From Flavitalea sp. (lineage in GTDB: Bacteria; Bacteroidota; Bacteroidia; Chitinophagales; Chitinophagaceae): a DNA stretch of 48,080 bases. Below, one piece after another: positions 45,572-48,080 of this stretch. The notes beneath the pieces are model-generated. The model searched no databases and was not told where the DNA came from. It saw nothing but the letters and a program-made list of their open reading frames with translations. The stretch spans positions 1 through 48,080 of the forward strand of contig DATLDA010000057.1 in NCBI GenBank assembly GCA_035526135.1. Reading direction: 5' to 3'. Numbering within the stretch: the first letter of the stretch is position 1; each line of letters begins with the position of its first letter. The position numbers were made by a program, and so were the translations under genes.

Positions 45572-47956
45572 ATGAAAAAAGTTCTTTCATTACTAATTCT
45601 GATTGGAGGATGGATAAGCTTTGCTTCCGCACAGGATATCCGGAACAATCCAAATTCCAATCATGGAAATAAATTTGAGCAGCTGGGTGTAATTCTTCCA
45701 ACACCCAATGAATACCGTACTGCCAGTGGTGCCCCCGGGCCCAAATACTGGCAGCAAAGAGTTGATTATGACATCAAATGTGAATTGGATGAAAACATCA
45801 ATAAGCTTACCGGTTCGGAAATTATCACCTATTTCAACAACTCTCCAGATGTGCTGACTTATTTGTGGTTTCAAATGGATGAGAACCAACACAGCTCAAA
45901 AGACAATGCCGACTACCAGAATAGCTCAACTATGCCGCGTCAGCTAAATGCGGATATGGTGACCCGTATGGAAGAAACAAAGAACGATAATGGCTATGGT
46001 TTTAAAATTTCGAAGCTGACCGATGTGACCGGAAAATCGTTGAAGTACACATTGAATAAAACAATGATGCGCGTTGATCTGCCTACTCCCTTAAAACCCG
46101 GGCAAAAAATTGTATTGAATATCAACTGGAATTACAATATTGTCGACCGGAATAAATTCGGCGGTGCACGTGGCGGATTGGAGAATTTTCCTGAAGATGG
46201 AAATAATCTTTACACCATGGCCCAATGGTATCCCCGTCTTTGTGTTTACAGCGATTTTCAGGGCTGGCAGAATCATCAGTTCACCGGCCGGGGAGAATTT
46301 GCGCTCACTTTTGGAAATTTCAAGGTACAAATGACTGTCCCTGCCGATCATGTGGTAGGTTCTACCGGAGAATGTTTGAACTATGCAGCTAACTTGTCTC
46401 CTTCCCAGTTGGCACGGTGGACAAAAGCTCAAACTTCTAAAGAACCTGTAGAGATCGTTACGTTGGAGGAAGCCAAAGCAGCAGAAAAAAAGAAAAGCAC
46501 ACAAAAAAAGACTTGGATTTTCAAGGCCGATAACGTTCGGGATTTTGCATGGACTACTTCGAGAAAATTTATCTGGGATGCAATGCCGGCTACTATTGAA
46601 GGGAAGAAGATCATGTGTATGAGTTTTTATGGAAAGGAAGCTTATGGTTTGTATCGTCCATTTTCTACAAAAGCGGTCGCACATACGATCAAAACCTACT
46701 CGAAATTCACCATTCCCTATCCATATCCGGTCGCACAAAGTATTGAAGCTTCCAACGGAATGGAATACCCGATGATCTGTTTCAATTTCGGACGCACAGA
46801 AAAAGACGGCACATACAGTGAGTCCACGAAATACGGAATGCTCGGTGTAATCATCCATGAAGTCGGTCACAACTTCTTCCCGATGATCATCAACAGCGAT
46901 GAACGTCAATGGAGCTGGATGGATGAAGGCCTTAATACTTTCGTTGAATATCTGACGGAAGAATTGTGGGACAATAAATTCCCTTCGCGCCGCGGACCTG
47001 CGTTTACGATCACGGATTATATGAAACTTCCGAAAGATCAACTCGAACCGATCATGACCAACTCAGAAAATATAATCGGGTTCGGTCCCAATGCCTATTC
47101 CAAACCTGCTACCGGGTTGAATATGCTGCGGGAAACTATCATGGGTCGTGAACTGTTCGATTATTCTTTCCGCGAATATGCACGCCGCTGGGCATTCAAA
47201 CATCCAACTCCTGCCGATTTATTCAGAACAATGGAGGATGCTTCCGGAGAGGATTTGGACTGGTTCTGGAGAGGCTGGTTCTATAGTACGGATGCTACAG
47301 ATATGGCGATCGATACAGTAAAATATTTCCGTGCGGATATGGAAAACAATCCAACCACACAACGCGATACTGTGGTTTTAAGAAGGGTTGACAGGCCACA
47401 GGTAAATGCATTCGAAGACGTCTCAAAGATCCGTAACCGGGAAGATAAAAACATCCAGTTCCGTACGGATGCAGATACTACCCTCCGCGACTTCTATTGG
47501 AGATACGACAGAGGACTGGAGCCCGTTGATACAACGCGTTATGCGGTGCCGCAAAGCGGATTCACTGAACCCGTTGATGACGCTGCAAAACAAAAGATCA
47601 ATGAAAAACATTTCTATGAATTGACTTTTAGCAATAAAGGCGGGCTGGTTATGCCGATCATTGTTGAATTTACTTTTACTGACGGAACCAAAGAAGTGGA
47701 TCGCATTCCTGCCCAGGTATGGAGATTAAATGAAGGGAAAGTGACGAAAGTGTTTATGAAGAATAAAGAAGTTGCTTCTATCAAATTGGATCCCATGCGC
47801 GAAACAGCGGATATCAATGAAACGAATAATACGTGGGGCACAATAGCACCTGCTTCTAAATTCCAGGTTTTCAAAGTGAAACAGCAGGCTGCCCGTGGAC
47901 AATCCACTGGAATCAACCCGATGCAGAAGGCAAAAGAAAAACAGAAAGCGTTTTAA
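45572..47956 (+). CDS. M1 family zinc metallopeptidase (aminopeptidase N-like), secreted
   Basis: Signal peptide, GMEYPMICF (a GAMEN-equivalent), HEVGHNFF followed 18 residues later by WMDEGLNTF (the HExxH-x18-E zinc site). Confidence 0.9.
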   Translation: MKKVLSLLILIGGWISFASAQDIRNNPNSNHGNKFEQLGVILPTPNEYRTASGAPGPKYWQQRVDYDIKCELDENINKLTGSEIITYFNNSPDVLTYLWFQMDENQHSSKDNADYQNSSTMPRQLNADMVTRMEETKNDNGYGFKISKLTDVTGKSLKYTLNKTMMRVDLPTPLKPGQKIVLNINWNYNIVDRNKFGGARGGLENFPEDGNNLYTMAQWYPRLCVYSDFQGWQNHQFTGRGEFALTFGNFKVQMTVPADHVVGSTGECLNYAANLSPSQLARWTKAQTSKEPVEIVTLEEAKAAEKKKSTQKKTWIFKADNVRDFAWTTSRKFIWDAMPATIEGKKIMCMSFYGKEAYGLYRPFSTKAVAHTIKTYSKFTIPYPYPVAQSIEASNGMEYPMICFNFGRTEKDGTYSESTKYGMLGVIIHEVGHNFFPMIINSDERQWSWMDEGLNTFVEYLTEELWDNKFPSRRGPAFTITDYMKLPKDQLEPIMTNSENIIGFGPNAYSKPATGLNMLRETIMGRELFDYSFREYARRWAFKHPTPADLFRTMEDASGEDLDWFWRGWFYSTDATDMAIDTVKYFRADMENNPTTQRDTVVLRRVDRPQVNAFEDVSKIRNREDKNIQFRTDADTTLRDFYWRYDRGLEPVDTTRYAVPQSGFTEPVDDAAKQKINEKHFYELTFSNKGGLVMPIIVEFTFTDGTKEVDRIPAQVWRLNEGKVTKVFMKNKEVASIKLDPMRETADINETNNTWGTIAPASKFQVFKVKQQAARGQSTGINPMQKAKEKQKAF

Positions 47957-48041
47957 ATGAAAAATTAAAAATGAAAATTTAAAAAGGCCTCTGATTACAG
48001 GGGCCTTTTTTTGCATCTTTAATTTTGCATTTTAAATTTCC
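47955..48041. repeat. AT-rich heptad arrays flanking a GC-rich terminator hairpin
   Basis: Left arm aaatgaa aaattaa aaatgaa aatttaa; right arm taatttt gcatttt aaatttc. The arms are roughly complementary and bracket the hairpin at 47985-48012. Confidence 0.7.
47985..48012 (+). terminator. Intrinsic terminator of the M1 peptidase gene
   Basis: Stem aggcctctg / caggggcct (9 bp including one G-U pair), loop atta, followed by a T-run of at least 6. Confidence 0.8.
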
Positions 48042-48080
48042 CTTGTGGATAACCTGGTGCACAACTCGTGAATATCAAAA

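Noticed and set aside
46091-47041. 316-aa minus-strand ORF. Similar long antisense ORFs occur at 16767-17315, 13327-13830, 43601-44101 and 2928-3320.
   Set aside because: All lie fully inside, and antisense to, CDS with strong family motifs (M1 peptidase, nucleotidyltransferase, icd, CNNM, M28). Their composition is typical of shadow ORFs and no domains were recognised.
1-48080. Defence island, prophage, secretion system or biosynthetic gene cluster
   Set aside because: Every CDS over 150 aa is either a recognisable housekeeping, metabolic or envelope family, or an isolated secreted hypothetical. There are no nucleases, helicases, methylases, toxins, integrases or clustered unknowns that would suggest such a system.

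Overview
This 48-kb chromosomal segment reads as Bacteroidota, probably Chitinophagia/Sphingobacteriia-like. Supporting signs are TAnnTTTG -7 promoter boxes, no obvious Shine-Dalgarno sequences, and DUF4197, DUF6702 and PorT-like OMP genes. I call 41 densely packed CDS, almost all housekeeping or metabolic: ABC-F ATPase, M28 and M1 peptidases, icd, mutS, def, ruvX, lipB, rluD, glmM, starch/glycogen genes, a DtxR/MntR-Nramp pair, an ECF sigma pair and envelope genes. I saw no rRNA or tRNA genes, CRISPR arrays, transposases, integrases, phage genes or recognisable defence genes, so I cannot point to a classical novel gene system. The most unusual signal is non-coding. At least 13 intergenic spacers are filled with degenerate tandem arrays that have a strict 7-nt period. 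Each locus uses its own word, for example GGTATGR, GNNGTCA, AGTTCNN, AAAAATT, AATAATT or CTATGAG. The arrays are usually arranged as inverted pairs that could fold into long hairpins across the spacer. They resemble cyanobacterial STRR heptamer repeats, and I do not know of a description of them in this lineage. They also create false N-terminal extensions on several track ORFs, which I trimmed. Secondary observations:
- A GT35 alpha-glucan phosphorylase homologue has Thr in place of the PLP-attachment lysine.
- An ECF sigma gene is coupled to a membrane-anchored S1 protease that sits where an anti-sigma factor would be.
- An Nramp transporter is fused to a universal stress protein (USP) domain and sits downstream of an overlapping DtxR-family regulator.
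- An LtaS-like gene, a discoidin/GH-like lipoprotein gene and a PAP2 gene form an envelope cluster.
- DUF6702, HupE and an M1 peptidase form a cluster.
All functional calls rest on motif recognition by eye; no database searches were run.
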